A stretch of 64,000 nucleotides of DNA from an uncultured delta proteobacterium (GCA_963727485.1 CAVSGM010000011.1:128001-192000); one strand, 5' to 3'; positions 33,783 to 43,094 are shown, counted from the stretch's first letter. The notes: generated by a model from the sequence alone, not told the origin. Program-made: numbers and translations.

Positions 33783-34775
33783 ATGCCGAACGTCGCCCTG
33801 CGTCCCAAGACCAACCTCTCGCTCTTCCGCCGAGTGGCCATCGGTACCTGGCACACCGTGGGCGACCCCACCGTCTACGGGAGCATGGACCTGCGCCTGG
33901 ACGAGGCCCTGCGCTACATCGAGGCCTACCGCGACGCCACCGGCCGCCGGCTGACCTTGAGCCACCTGATGGCGAAGGCCGTCGCCGCGGTCTTGAGCGA
34001 GCACCCCGACGCCAACGCCATCCTCCGCTTCAACCGCATCTACCTCCGCGACCAGGTGAAGCTCTTCTTCCAGGTGGCGCTGGAGGATCCCGAGACCGGT
34101 GAGGTCGACCTCTCCGGGGTCACCGTCGAGGACCCGGAGGACAAGACCCTCGGCGAGGTCCTCGACGTCTTCGAGCGCCGGGTGAAGAAGGTGAAGAAGC
34201 AGGAAGGCGACGAGCTCGCCCAGAGCCGGGGGATGTTCCGGTGGATCCCCTCGCTGCTCCTCAACTTCGTGCTCTCGCTCTCCGGCTTCCTCGCCTACAC
34301 CCTCAACCTCGACCTCTCGTCGGTCGGGGTGCCCCGGGACGCCTTCGGGTCGGCGATGATCACCAACATCGGGTCGCTGGGCCTCGAGGAGGCCTACGTG
34401 CCGCTGGTGCCCTACAGCCGGGTGCCCCTGCTCATCGCCATGGGCTCGGTGCGGACGATGCCGGTGGTCGAGGACGGCGAGGTGATCACCGGGAAGGTGA
34501 TGCGGGTCTCGGTGACCTTCGATCACCGGATCCTCGACGGCGCCCACGCCGCGGCCATGGCCAAGACCGTGCGCGCGTGGATGGAGCACCCCTTCGACCA
34601 CTTCGACGCCATCGAGGACGCGGCGGCGGCCTCCGCGGCCCGCGAGGCGCTCCCCGAGGCCGGCGGCGCCGCGCACGCCGCCGCGGACGCCGGCGCCGCC
34701 CGCGATCCCGCGGACGCCGGCGCCGACGCCGCCACCGATCCCGCGGTCCGCCTCGCCGAGGGCGGCGGCGACTGA
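33783..34775 (+). CDS. 2-oxoacid dehydrogenase E2-like acyltransferase, catalytic domain only
   Basis: ITNIGSLG and TFDHRILDG (HxxxDG) motifs; no lipoyl or E3-binding domain. Confidence 0.88.
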   Translation: MPNVALRPKTNLSLFRRVAIGTWHTVGDPTVYGSMDLRLDEALRYIEAYRDATGRRLTLSHLMAKAVAAVLSEHPDANAILRFNRIYLRDQVKLFFQVALEDPETGEVDLSGVTVEDPEDKTLGEVLDVFERRVKKVKKQEGDELAQSRGMFRWIPSLLLNFVLSLSGFLAYTLNLDLSSVGVPRDAFGSAMITNIGSLGLEEAYVPLVPYSRVPLLIAMGSVRTMPVVEDGEVITGKVMRVSVTFDHRILDGAHAAAMAKTVRAWMEHPFDHFDAIEDAAAASAAREALPEAGGAAHAAADAGAARDPADAGADAATDPAVRLAEGGGD

Positions 34776-36310
34776 TGCCGATCCCGGCGCCGCGGACCGT
34801 GGTCCTCACCGAGGACCAGCAGGCGGTCGTGGCGCGGTGGCGCGCCGCCCCGGACCGGGCCACCCGGGAACGGATCTACGCCGAGGCGCTGGCCGAGGGC
34901 TACGCCCCGCGCTTCGCCGAGCTGCCCCTCCACGGGGGCGTCGCCGGCCAGCCGAGGCCCCGGGCCCTGGTGAGCCTGGTGGGCCACGCCTGGCAGCCGG
35001 CGGCGCTCATGGCCGCCTGGGTCCGCCCCGAGCGCCTGCTCCTGCTGCGCACCCGGGAGCCCGCCGCCGGCGCCCCCTCGGCCCTGGAGCTGGTCAGCCG
35101 CCTCTCGGGCCTGTCCCTCGACCGCATCGAGCACCAGTGGGTCCTCGGGGGCGGCGAGCTGGCGGTCTACGAGGAGATCCGCGACTTCCTCGCCCGGGGG
35201 CGTCTCAAGCCCGACGAGCTGGCCATCGACGTCACCGGGGGCAAGAAGTCCATGGCGGTGGCGGCGGCGCTCGCGGGCTTCCTCGCCGGGGCGCGGCTGC
35301 TCTACGTCGACTACCTCGAGGTCGACCGGGGGACGCCGGTGCCGGGGACCGAGTACCCGCGGCTCCTGGCGAACCCGCTCGCCATCCTCGGCGAGATCGA
35401 CATCGACCGGATCCGCGAGGCCTTCGACGGGGGCCACTACCTCGACGCCGAGCGCCGCGCCGAGGACCTCGCCCGGCGCCTCTACGAGCCCTGGACCGCC
35501 GAGGCCCTGGGGCTCCTCGCCCGGGGCTACGGCGCCTGGCACCGCTTCGACTTCGAGCGGGCGCGCTCGGCCCTCGCCGAGCTGCGCACCCTCCTCGACG
35601 CCCGGGCGGGCCACGCCGGCGCCGCCTGGGTGGGCCGGGTGCGCCCGGTCCTCGACGGGCACCTCGCCCGCCTCGGCGCCCTCCTCGAGGCCACCGCCAA
35701 GCCCGAGACCGTGGCCGCCGGGATGCCCGGGGTCCTCAACCACCTGGCGGCGTCGGCGCGGGCCCTGGCGCAGGAGGACCTCGACGACGCCACCCTGCTC
35801 CTCTACGCCACGGTGGAGCGCTACGTGGATCTCTGCCTCTGGGTCGACGCCGGCCTCACCGACCGGGACCCGGACTACGGGCGCCTCGAGGGGCGCCTCG
35901 ACCTCGACCGGTACCGCGACCTCGGCAGCCGCCTCTTCGAGGGCCCGGCCCCCGAGCGCCCCCAGGGGCCGCTCCTCTACCTCGCGGCCGTGCGCCTCCT
36001 GGCCGCCCTGGCCCCCGAGCGCCTCCCCGATGGCGATCTCGGCTGGGTGCGGGGCCTGGGACGGATGCGCAACGAGCTGGTCCACGGCCTGGTGCCCACC
36101 CACCCGGGTGCCGGGGAGGTGGCCTCGAAGCTCGGCCGGGTCAAGGGGCTCCTGGCGCCCGCCGCCGGGGGCGAGGCGGCGCTGGAGGCCGAGCTCGCCG
36201 CCCTGCGCTTCCCGGAGATTCTGATCCCGGGCGCCCTCCGGGGCTGCGTCCGCCGGTCCCGGCGCCGGCGTCGACACCAGCCGGCCTTTGGGTGTACCCC
36301 GGAGCCATGA
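34775..36310 (+). CDS. CARF-HEPN protein (TIGR02710-like CRISPR-associated family)
   Basis: LVSLVGHAWQP, IDVTGGKKSM (CARF DxTGGxK), LLYVDY..PVPGTE..LANP, C-terminal RNELVH (HEPN RxxxxH). True 3' end may be near 36224. Confidence 0.85.
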   Translation: MPIPAPRTVVLTEDQQAVVARWRAAPDRATRERIYAEALAEGYAPRFAELPLHGGVAGQPRPRALVSLVGHAWQPAALMAAWVRPERLLLLRTREPAAGAPSALELVSRLSGLSLDRIEHQWVLGGGELAVYEEIRDFLARGRLKPDELAIDVTGGKKSMAVAAALAGFLAGARLLYVDYLEVDRGTPVPGTEYPRLLANPLAILGEIDIDRIREAFDGGHYLDAERRAEDLARRLYEPWTAEALGLLARGYGAWHRFDFERARSALAELRTLLDARAGHAGAAWVGRVRPVLDGHLARLGALLEATAKPETVAAGMPGVLNHLAASARALAQEDLDDATLLLYATVERYVDLCLWVDAGLTDRDPDYGRLEGRLDLDRYRDLGSRLFEGPAPERPQGPLLYLAAVRLLAALAPERLPDGDLGWVRGLGRMRNELVHGLVPTHPGAGEVASKLGRVKGLLAPAAGGEAALEAELAALRFPEILIPGALRGCVRRSRRRRRHQPAFGCTPEP

Positions 36311-36735
36311 ACGGCACCGCCGAGTGGCTCGTCGATGGGGGCCCGTGGATCTACGCCCTGCTGGTCGTGGGCTTCCCGGTGACCGCCATCGGCGTCGTCG
36401 GCTTCATCGGCGGGCTGATGCTCAAGGACCGCCGGGCCGCCCGCTGGCTCGCCGGGGTGGCGCTGTTGCTGACGGTGATCGTCCTCGGCATCGGCTGGGA
36501 GGCCGGGCGGGTGCAGCTGGTGCGGGGCCACGCGGCGATGAGCCACGCCCTGCCCTCGGACCGGGAGACGGTGCAGGCCGACGCCGACGCCAACGCCCAG
36601 GTGCCCAGGAACCTGGCGGTGCTCCTGGCGCTGATGCCCTTCGGGGCCGCGGTGATGCTCGGGGTCCGGGGGTTCATCGGGTGGGGCGGCGGGGCGAGGT
36701 CGTCGAAGCCCGAGGCGGTCGAGGACGCGGAGTGA
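36307..36735 (+). CDS. Small three-TM membrane protein (MotA/TolQ/ExbB-like character)
   Basis: GGAG RBS; WLVDGGPWIYALL N-terminus; three hydrophobic helices. Confidence 0.65.
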   Translation: MNGTAEWLVDGGPWIYALLVVGFPVTAIGVVGFIGGLMLKDRRAARWLAGVALLLTVIVLGIGWEAGRVQLVRGHAAMSHALPSDRETVQADADANAQVPRNLAVLLALMPFGAAVMLGVRGFIGWGGGARSSKPEAVEDAE

Positions 36736-36814
36736 GCGACCGGGCGGGTGAGCGGCGCGGGGAACGGGAGCCGGCGTAGGCGCTGCGCCTCGTGGTTCGG
36801 CTGACCTGCGCCGT

Positions 36815-37281
36815 AGCGATGCGCCGCTTGAATCGGCGCACATCGCGAGGCGACGCTGGGCCGACGCCGGACGCTGCCGGCGACACGGCACGGGCGCGCC
36901 CACGGCAGGATGCGGGCGCCGAGTGATCTACCGGCGTTCGCGGGGCGGCCGGCCCTGCGCCACCGGGTGCCTGCACCCCCACGCGGGCGCGCCCGCCGGC
37001 GACCGGCCGCGGGGCCGCCGGTGCGACGCGCCTCTTGAATCGGCGCACATCGCGAGGCGACGCCGGGCCGACGCCGGGCCGACGCCGCACCGACGCCCTC
37101 CGCTGCCGGCGATACGGCACGGGCGCACCCAGGGCGGGATGCAGGCGCCGAGTGATCCACCTCCGCTCGCGCGGCGGCCGGCCCTGCGCCACCGGGTGCC
37201 TGCAGCCCCACGCGGGCGCGCCCGCCGGCGACCGGCCGCGTAGCCGCCGGTGCGACGCGCCGCTTGAATCGGCGCACATCC
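36815..37281. repeat. Imperfect intergenic tandem repeat (units of 207 and 229 bp) with three hairpin cores
   Basis: TTGAATCGGCGCACATC at 36828, 37035 and 37264; the intervening segments are mutually homologous. Confidence 0.85.
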
Positions 37282-37323
37282 CGGGCAAACCACGCTCCCG
37301 CGGCCCCCGACCCCCTGCGCCTC

Positions 37324-39294
37324 TCAGTGCAGATCGGCAGCCAGGATCGTCCGGAGCGCCGCAGCGGCCGCGGCGTCGTCGCCCTCGCCCCGGGCCGCTG
37401 CGTAGGCCCGCGCCGGCGCCCGGAACCGCGACTCGGGCCCCAGCGGCAGGCGCGACAGGAACCGCCCAAGCCGCGCCTCGAGGTCGGGGGGCAGCACGGC
37501 CGCCGCCCCACCGTCCGCCTCCAGGGCCCGCGCCACCCGCACCGCCGCCACCCGCCCCAGGGCGTGGTCCGTCACCGGCCCCGGGTGCGCCCCGGCCAGC
37601 GCCGCCAGCCGCGCCTCCCACCGGCGCGCCCGGGCCCCGTCGCCGGCCGCGAGGCAGGCCTCCACCGCCCGCGCGCAGGCGCCGGCGTGGGGCCAGGGCC
37701 CGGTGCCGTCGGCGTCGAGGCGGTCGGCCAGCGCGGTGAGCGCCCCGTCGAGGTCCCCGTCCGGCGCCGCGGCCTCCACCCGCAGGGCCTCGTAGGCGAG
37801 GTAGAGCTCGTTGGCCCGGCGCCATCCGTCGCTCATCCCCGGCTCCCGGTCGCTCTCGGCCCGGGCCTCGGCGAGCGCCGCCCGGGCGGCGTCGACGCGC
37901 CCGAGCCGCGCCAGGGCCCCGATGCGGTAGGCGCGGCCGATGTTCGCCTCCCAGGGGGCGGCGTCGGCGAAGCGGGCCAGGGCGTCGTCGAGGCGGACCA
38001 GGGCCTCGGCGTCCCGGCCGGCGTGGGCCTCGACCCGGCCGGCGGTGGAGGCGATGCGCGCGCCCTCCACCGCGTCGGCGGCGGCGTCGGCGGCCGCCTC
38101 GGCCTCGGCGAGGTAGGCCCGGGCCGCCTCGAAGTGGTGCCGGTCGATCATCCCGCTCGCCTCGACGTTCCGGGCCCAGGCGACCAGCGCCGGCGGGGGA
38201 CGGCCCTCGGTGAGGCGGGCGTCGAGGGCGGCGGCGACCTCCGCGGCGGCCTCCGGGCGTCCGGCGTGGGACCGGTAGGCGCACAGGAGGGTGAGCAGGG
38301 CCAGGTGGGCGGTCCACACGGCCACCGGCTCCCGTCCCAGGGCCGTCGCGATCTCGGGCCAGGCCTCGGCGAGGGCCTCGAGGCGGGCGGCGAGCACCGG
38401 CACCGGCACCGCCCGCACCCGGTCGAGCCACCGGGCCTCCTCCACCGCCTCCAGCCACGCCGGGAGGGTCGCCGGGCGGAAGGGCCCGGGGGCCAGGCCC
38501 ACCGCGTCGGCGAGGGCGTCGAGGTCTTCGACGGGGATCACCTCGGGTCCCCCGGGGGGCGAGGGCACGGCGAAGCCCACGGGGACGAAGAGCCGGCGCA
38601 CGCAGGCCCGCTCCCGGTGGAGGCCCACGACCTTGGCGTGGACCCCCCGGCGGGCGCCCTCGGGGAGCGTGAGGCGCCCGGCGTCGTCGAGGTCGCCGGT
38701 GACGGCGAAGCCCGGGTCCAGGGGCACGTCGCTCCAGGCCGAGAGGAGCATCAGGGCGAGCGCGGCGCCCATGGAGCCGCCCTCGACCCGGGGGGCGGCG
38801 GCCGCCGGGAGCTCGTCGAGGACCACCCGGTGCCACCCGAGGCGCGGGGTCAGGGGGCGGGTGCCCCGGCGCCGGGCGGCCCAGGCGAACGCGCGCTCGG
38901 CGGCGGCGTCGGCGGCGGCGTCGGCGGGGGCGGCGCCGGGCCAGAACCGGGGCCACGGCCGCTCGGCGGGGCCGAGGCGCTCGAGGCGCACCCGGAGCAC
39001 GGCGCCCAGGTCGTCGTGGCTGGAGAGCCACCAGGTCGTCCCCGGGGCCGGCACCGGTGGCCGGGTGGCCCGCGCGGGGATGGCGGCGGCGTCGCCGACG
39101 GCGAGCTCGAGGCGGGCGGCGAGGGCGTCCCTGCGCGCCGGGGCGAGGGCGCCGGCGGGGATCGCCCGGGCGGCGTTGACCGCACGCTGGCGCGCAGGAC
39201 CCCGGGCGGGATCCCCGGGGTCCACGAGGCTCTCGAGCCGGCCCAGGGCCTGCTCCAGGGCGAGGACCGGACGCAGGCGCGTGTCGTCGCTCAT
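37324..39294 (-). CDS. Lon-like (S16) protease domain without AAA+ module, fused to TPR-like repeats
   Basis: VEGGSMGAALALMLLSA...FAVTGDLDDAGRL...GVHAKV...LFVP...IPVEDLDAL matches the Lon proteolytic domain pattern (Ser-Lys dyad); C-terminal helical repeats. Confidence 0.8.
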   Translation of the reverse strand: MSDDTRLRPVLALEQALGRLESLVDPGDPARGPARQRAVNAARAIPAGALAPARRDALAARLELAVGDAAAIPARATRPPVPAPGTTWWLSSHDDLGAVLRVRLERLGPAERPWPRFWPGAAPADAAADAAAERAFAWAARRRGTRPLTPRLGWHRVVLDELPAAAAPRVEGGSMGAALALMLLSAWSDVPLDPGFAVTGDLDDAGRLTLPEGARRGVHAKVVGLHRERACVRRLFVPVGFAVPSPPGGPEVIPVEDLDALADAVGLAPGPFRPATLPAWLEAVEEARWLDRVRAVPVPVLAARLEALAEAWPEIATALGREPVAVWTAHLALLTLLCAYRSHAGRPEAAAEVAAALDARLTEGRPPPALVAWARNVEASGMIDRHHFEAARAYLAEAEAAADAAADAVEGARIASTAGRVEAHAGRDAEALVRLDDALARFADAAPWEANIGRAYRIGALARLGRVDAARAALAEARAESDREPGMSDGWRRANELYLAYEALRVEAAAPDGDLDGALTALADRLDADGTGPWPHAGACARAVEACLAAGDGARARRWEARLAALAGAHPGPVTDHALGRVAAVRVARALEADGGAAAVLPPDLEARLGRFLSRLPLGPESRFRAPARAYAAARGEGDDAAAAAALRTILAADLH

Positions 39295-39307
39295 CGGACG
39301 GAGGGCA

Positions 39308-40297
39308 TCATCCCTCGCTGGCGGGCGGCGGGTCGAGGGGCAGGGTCTCCGTCTGCTCGCCGTCGCGGCCCCGCCAGCGGACCGAGAGGGTGTGGGCGCC
39401 GTCGCCGGTGCCCGAAAGCGGCACCCACCACGAGAGGGCCACGTCCGAGCGCTGGGGCGCCGCGGGCCCCGGCGGGTCGAGGGTCACCGAGACCAGGCGC
39501 TCGAAGCGCCCGTCGGCGTCGCGGATCACCAGCCCCGGGGGCGCGTCGTCGTGCTCGGCGAGGCCGTGGGCGTGGACGAGCACCCGGCCGTCGAGGAGCC
39601 GGGCCACCGGGGGCCCGAGCGGCCGCTCGAGGATCCGGGCGAGCTCGGTCTCGGCGTCGGCGCCGTAGTGGAAGGCGACCTCGGCGTCGGCGGCGCGGCG
39701 GGTGAGGGCGAGCGCCATCCGGGCGCCGATCAGCGGTCGGGCGAGCCAGCCGGCCACCGCCTCCCGGTGGGCGGCGAGCAGCAGGGGATCGAGCCACCAC
39801 GCCGGCTGGGCGGCGCGGGCCAGGGCCTCCAGCCAGGGGGCCTCCGGGCCCTCGGGGTCCTCGGCGAGGCCCCGGGCCACCTCGGTGGCGTGCCGGGCGC
39901 CGAGGACGTCGACCTCGCCGGCCCGGGCGAGGAGGGCGCGCTCCCGGGCCGCGGCGCCGATGCCCAGGGCCCACAGCAGGCTCTCGGCGTCGTCCCGGGC
40001 GGCGGCGACGGCGAAGGCCCGCCCGGGGCCGAGGCTGGCGAGCCCCTCGGCGGCGGTCTCCAGGGACCGGTCCGCGGCGGCGGCCACCGCCTCGGCCACC
40101 TCGCCCACCACGGTCTCCCGGAGCCAGGCGTCGAGGCGCCGGGCCAGGCCGTCGACCTCGTCGCTGCGCATGAGCCGGGCGGCGGCGAGGACCGCGACCA
40201 CCGGGTCGGCGCCCGGGTCGGCGAGGGCGTGGGCGAGGGCTTCGGGCAGCCAGTCCGGGAGGACGGCGAGGTCGTCGGAGGTCAGGGGCGCGCGCAT
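39308..40297 (-). CDS. Hypothetical protein (candidate anti-sigma or protease substrate)
   Basis: GGAG RBS, GC3-biased codons; helical N-terminal part (RDDAES, WW) and beta-rich C-terminal part; sits between the sigma and protease genes. Confidence 0.7.
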   Translation of the reverse strand: MRAPLTSDDLAVLPDWLPEALAHALADPGADPVVAVLAAARLMRSDEVDGLARRLDAWLRETVVGEVAEAVAAAADRSLETAAEGLASLGPGRAFAVAAARDDAESLLWALGIGAAARERALLARAGEVDVLGARHATEVARGLAEDPEGPEAPWLEALARAAQPAWWLDPLLLAAHREAVAGWLARPLIGARMALALTRRAADAEVAFHYGADAETELARILERPLGPPVARLLDGRVLVHAHGLAEHDDAPPGLVIRDADGRFERLVSVTLDPPGPAAPQRSDVALSWWVPLSGTGDGAHTLSVRWRGRDGEQTETLPLDPPPASEG

Positions 40298-40403
40298 CGG
40301 TCGGTCTCCAGGGCGACGGCGACCCCCGGCCGGCGAGTGGTCGGGCGCGGGTCTGGCGGGGCCGCCGTGTGGCGCCGACGCCCCCCTCGCGCGGCATCTG
40401 ACA

Positions 40404-41099
40404 TCAGGACTCGTCCTCCTCGCAGCCCACCAGGCGCACCAGGAGATCCGCCTCCGCCGGGGTGATCTCCCCGGTCTCGAGGAGGGCCTGCACCGCCTCG
40501 CACCCGGCGACCTTCCCCCGGCGTCGGTACTGGTAGATCCGGTCCCGGGCCCGGCGCAGCGCCACCTTGTCGTCCGGGTCGTCGGGGGCGGCCCACCGGG
40601 CGATCTGGGCGTCGATGTCGGTGCCGACGATCCGGGCCTCGAGGTGGACCCGGAGGTTGTGGCGGACCATCTCCAGGTCCCGCTCCCGGTGCAGGCGGGC
40701 GAGGGCCCCCTCGAGGCGGTCGAGGAGGGTCTCCATGTCCTGGCCGGCCAGGGGGTCGGGGGTGGCCGGGGCCCTTTGTTGCGGTGCATCATCCAGGTCC
40801 ACCAGGCGTCGCTCCCGGCGGATGACGTCGAGGACGTAGCGCTGGAGGATCCGGCTGCACCAGGCCCGGGCGGCGCGGTCGTCGTCGCCCCGGAACCGGG
40901 CCCGGCCCAGGCTCGCCTTGAGGACCACCTTCTGGATCGCCTCGTCGATGAGATCGTCCGAGGCCCGGTAGAACCGGCGGCGCACCACCCCCGGCGCGAA
41001 GTGCCGCAGCTCCTGGTAGAGGTGGCTGGCGGCGCGCTCACGGTCCATGCGGCTGGTCGCGTCCGAGGCGAGGATCTGGAGCCACTGGCACAGGCTCAT
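40404..41099 (-). CDS. Divergent ECF-type sigma factor
   Basis: Region-2-like DEAIQKVVLK...F...AWCSRILQRYVLDVIRR; region-4-like RDRIYQYRRRG. Confidence 0.72.
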   Translation of the reverse strand: MSLCQWLQILASDATSRMDRERAASHLYQELRHFAPGVVRRRFYRASDDLIDEAIQKVVLKASLGRARFRGDDDRAARAWCSRILQRYVLDVIRRERRLVDLDDAPQQRAPATPDPLAGQDMETLLDRLEGALARLHRERDLEMVRHNLRVHLEARIVGTDIDAQIARWAAPDDPDDKVALRRARDRIYQYRRRGKVAGCEAVQALLETGEITPAEADLLVRLVGCEEDES

Positions 41100-41213
41100 G
41101 GCGGCGGATGGTGCCAGACTCCGGCCCCGGGGGCGAGGATCCCGGCGTGCACGGCGATCCGGATGGCCTATCCTTTGGCCCAAGGCCGCCCGTTCCCCGC
41201 CCCCGGAGGCCCC

Positions 41214-42302
41214 GTGTCCCCGTCCGTCCTCCTCCTCTTCGTCGCCGGCGTCGTCCTGCTCCTCGTGGGCGCCGAGCTCCTGGTCCGCGGCGCCTCGCGC
41301 CTCGCGGTGGCCGTGGGGCTCTCGCCGCTCGTGGTGGGGCTGACGGTGGTCGCCTTCGGCACCAGCTCCCCGGAGCTGGCGGTGAGCGTCCACGGGGCGC
41401 TCGTCGGCCAGCCCGACGTGGCCCTGGGCAACGTCATCGGCAGCAACGTCATCAACGTCCTGGTGATCCTGGGCCTCACCGCGCTGGTCGCGCCCATCGC
41501 CGTGGCGCCCCGGCTCCTGCGGGTGGACGTGCCCCTGATGATCGGGGCCTCGGTGGCGGTGCTCCTCATGGGCCTCGACGGCCACCTGGGGTGGGCCGAC
41601 GGAACGATCCTCCTCGCCGGCGCGGTGGGCTACACCGCCTTCGTGGTCCAGCGGGCCCGGCGCGAGCGGGGCATCCTCGCCGCCGAGTACGAGGGCGAGT
41701 ACGGCCTCCACGGCGACCGCCCGAGCCTGGGGGTCCAGGGCCTGCTCATCGTCGCCGGCCTGGGCCTGCTGGTGCTGGGCTCCCGGTGGCTGGTGGACGG
41801 CGCCGTGGCCCTCGCCCACCACCTGGGCCTCTCGGAGCTGGTCATCTCCATCACCATCGTCGCCCTGGGCACCTCGCTCCCCGAGCTCGCCACCTCGCTG
41901 GTCGCCAGCCTCCGGGGCGAGCGCGACATCGCCGTGGGCAACGTCATCGGCTCCAACCTCTTCAACCTCCTGGTGGTCCTCGGGGCCGCGGCCCTGGTGG
42001 CGCCCGGGGGCATCCCCGTGGGCGCGCAGTCCCTCCACCTGGACCTGCCGGTGATGATCGCGGTCGCCGTCGGGTGCCTGCCGGTGTTCTTCACCCGCCA
42101 CGCCATCGACCGCTGGGAGGGCGCGCTCTTCCTCGCGTACTTCGGCGCCTACACCACCTACATCTTCCTCCGGGCCACCGGGTCGGCGGTGCTCCCGGCC
42201 TTCGACCTGGTGATGCTGGGGGCGGTGGTGCCCCTGACGGCGCTGGTCTTCGTGGTGCTGGTGATCCGGCACCTGCAGCGCGAGTCCCATAGCCACGCCT
42301 AG
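41214..42302 (+). CDS. Calcium/sodium antiporter (CaCA, YrbG-like)
   Basis: Two alpha repeats: GTSSPEL...GNVIGSN and GTSLPEL...GNVIGSN. Confidence 0.94.
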   Translation: MSPSVLLLFVAGVVLLLVGAELLVRGASRLAVAVGLSPLVVGLTVVAFGTSSPELAVSVHGALVGQPDVALGNVIGSNVINVLVILGLTALVAPIAVAPRLLRVDVPLMIGASVAVLLMGLDGHLGWADGTILLAGAVGYTAFVVQRARRERGILAAEYEGEYGLHGDRPSLGVQGLLIVAGLGLLVLGSRWLVDGAVALAHHLGLSELVISITIVALGTSLPELATSLVASLRGERDIAVGNVIGSNLFNLLVVLGAAALVAPGGIPVGAQSLHLDLPVMIAVAVGCLPVFFTRHAIDRWEGALFLAYFGAYTTYIFLRATGSAVLPAFDLVMLGAVVPLTALVFVVLVIRHLQRESHSHA

Positions 42303-43094
42303 GTCCCGTCGAGAACCTCCCGGAGCACGTCGGGTCGATCGGTCATCATCCCGCCGACCCCGAGGGCCACCAGGTCCGCCATCGCCTGCCGGTCGTCGAC
42401 GGTCCACACGTTGACCCAGCGCCCGGCGTGCTCGGCGGCGGCGAGGAGCCCGGCGTCGACCACGTGGAGGCCCGCGACCGACACCGGCAGATTCGAGCAC
42501 CGCGTAGGGGACGTCGTCGGGGAGGGTCCCGGCCCGGGCGGCGACCACGAAGGCCGTGGCCGCCCGCCTCGGGTAGAAGTGGCAGCCCTCCGGGAAGGCG
42601 TCCACCAGCGCCCGGGCGCGGCGGTCGTCCTCGGAGCCGCAGCACACCCGGTCGACCGCGTCCGCGTCATGGACCGCGTCGGCGAAGGCCTCGGAGAGGT
42701 CCGGCCCGCCGGGCTTGAGCTCCACGTTGAAGCGGGTGTCCGGGTACCGGCGCAGGACCTCGTCGAGGGTCGAGAGGGTGAGCCCCTGGCCCCGGAAGGG
42801 GTGGGTGTGGCCGCCGTCGGGGCTGAAGGTGAAGCCCGCGTCCCGGCCGAGCACCTCGGCGGCGTCCAGGGACCCCACCCGCCCGGGCCGCCCGGTGAGC
42901 CGCGCCAGATCGTCGTCGTGGCAGACCACCAGCACCCCGTCCCGGGTCCCCTGCACGTCGATCTCCAGCATGTCGGTCCGGTAGAGCTCGGTGGCCAGGT
43001 CGAAGGCCGCCACCGTGTTCTCCGGCGCCAGGGCGCTGCCGCCCCGGTGGGCGATGTGCAGGGTCGGCTTCAGGCCCTCCAGGAACGGGTGCAT
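42299..43094 (-). CDS. Glycerophosphodiester phosphodiesterase (frameshift near 42490)
   Basis: IAHRGG, PENT, EIDVQ, HDD, NVELK, VWTVD, TDRP. Confidence 0.92.

Noticed and set aside
36815..37281. CRISPR array next to the CARF gene
   Set aside because: Only three cores, and the would-be spacers are about 180-200 bp and homologous to each other.
37324..39294. Canonical Lon, RadA/Sms or CalpL
   Set aside because: No Walker A/B ATPase module, zinc finger or recognisable SAVED domain; only the proteolytic domain plus helical repeats.
40282..40404. Short ORF (MSDAARGG...) overlapping the sigma-factor stop as a fourth gene
   Set aside because: Only about 40 codons with no recognisable features; it could be a frameshifted N-terminal extension of the downstream gene, which has its own GGAG RBS.
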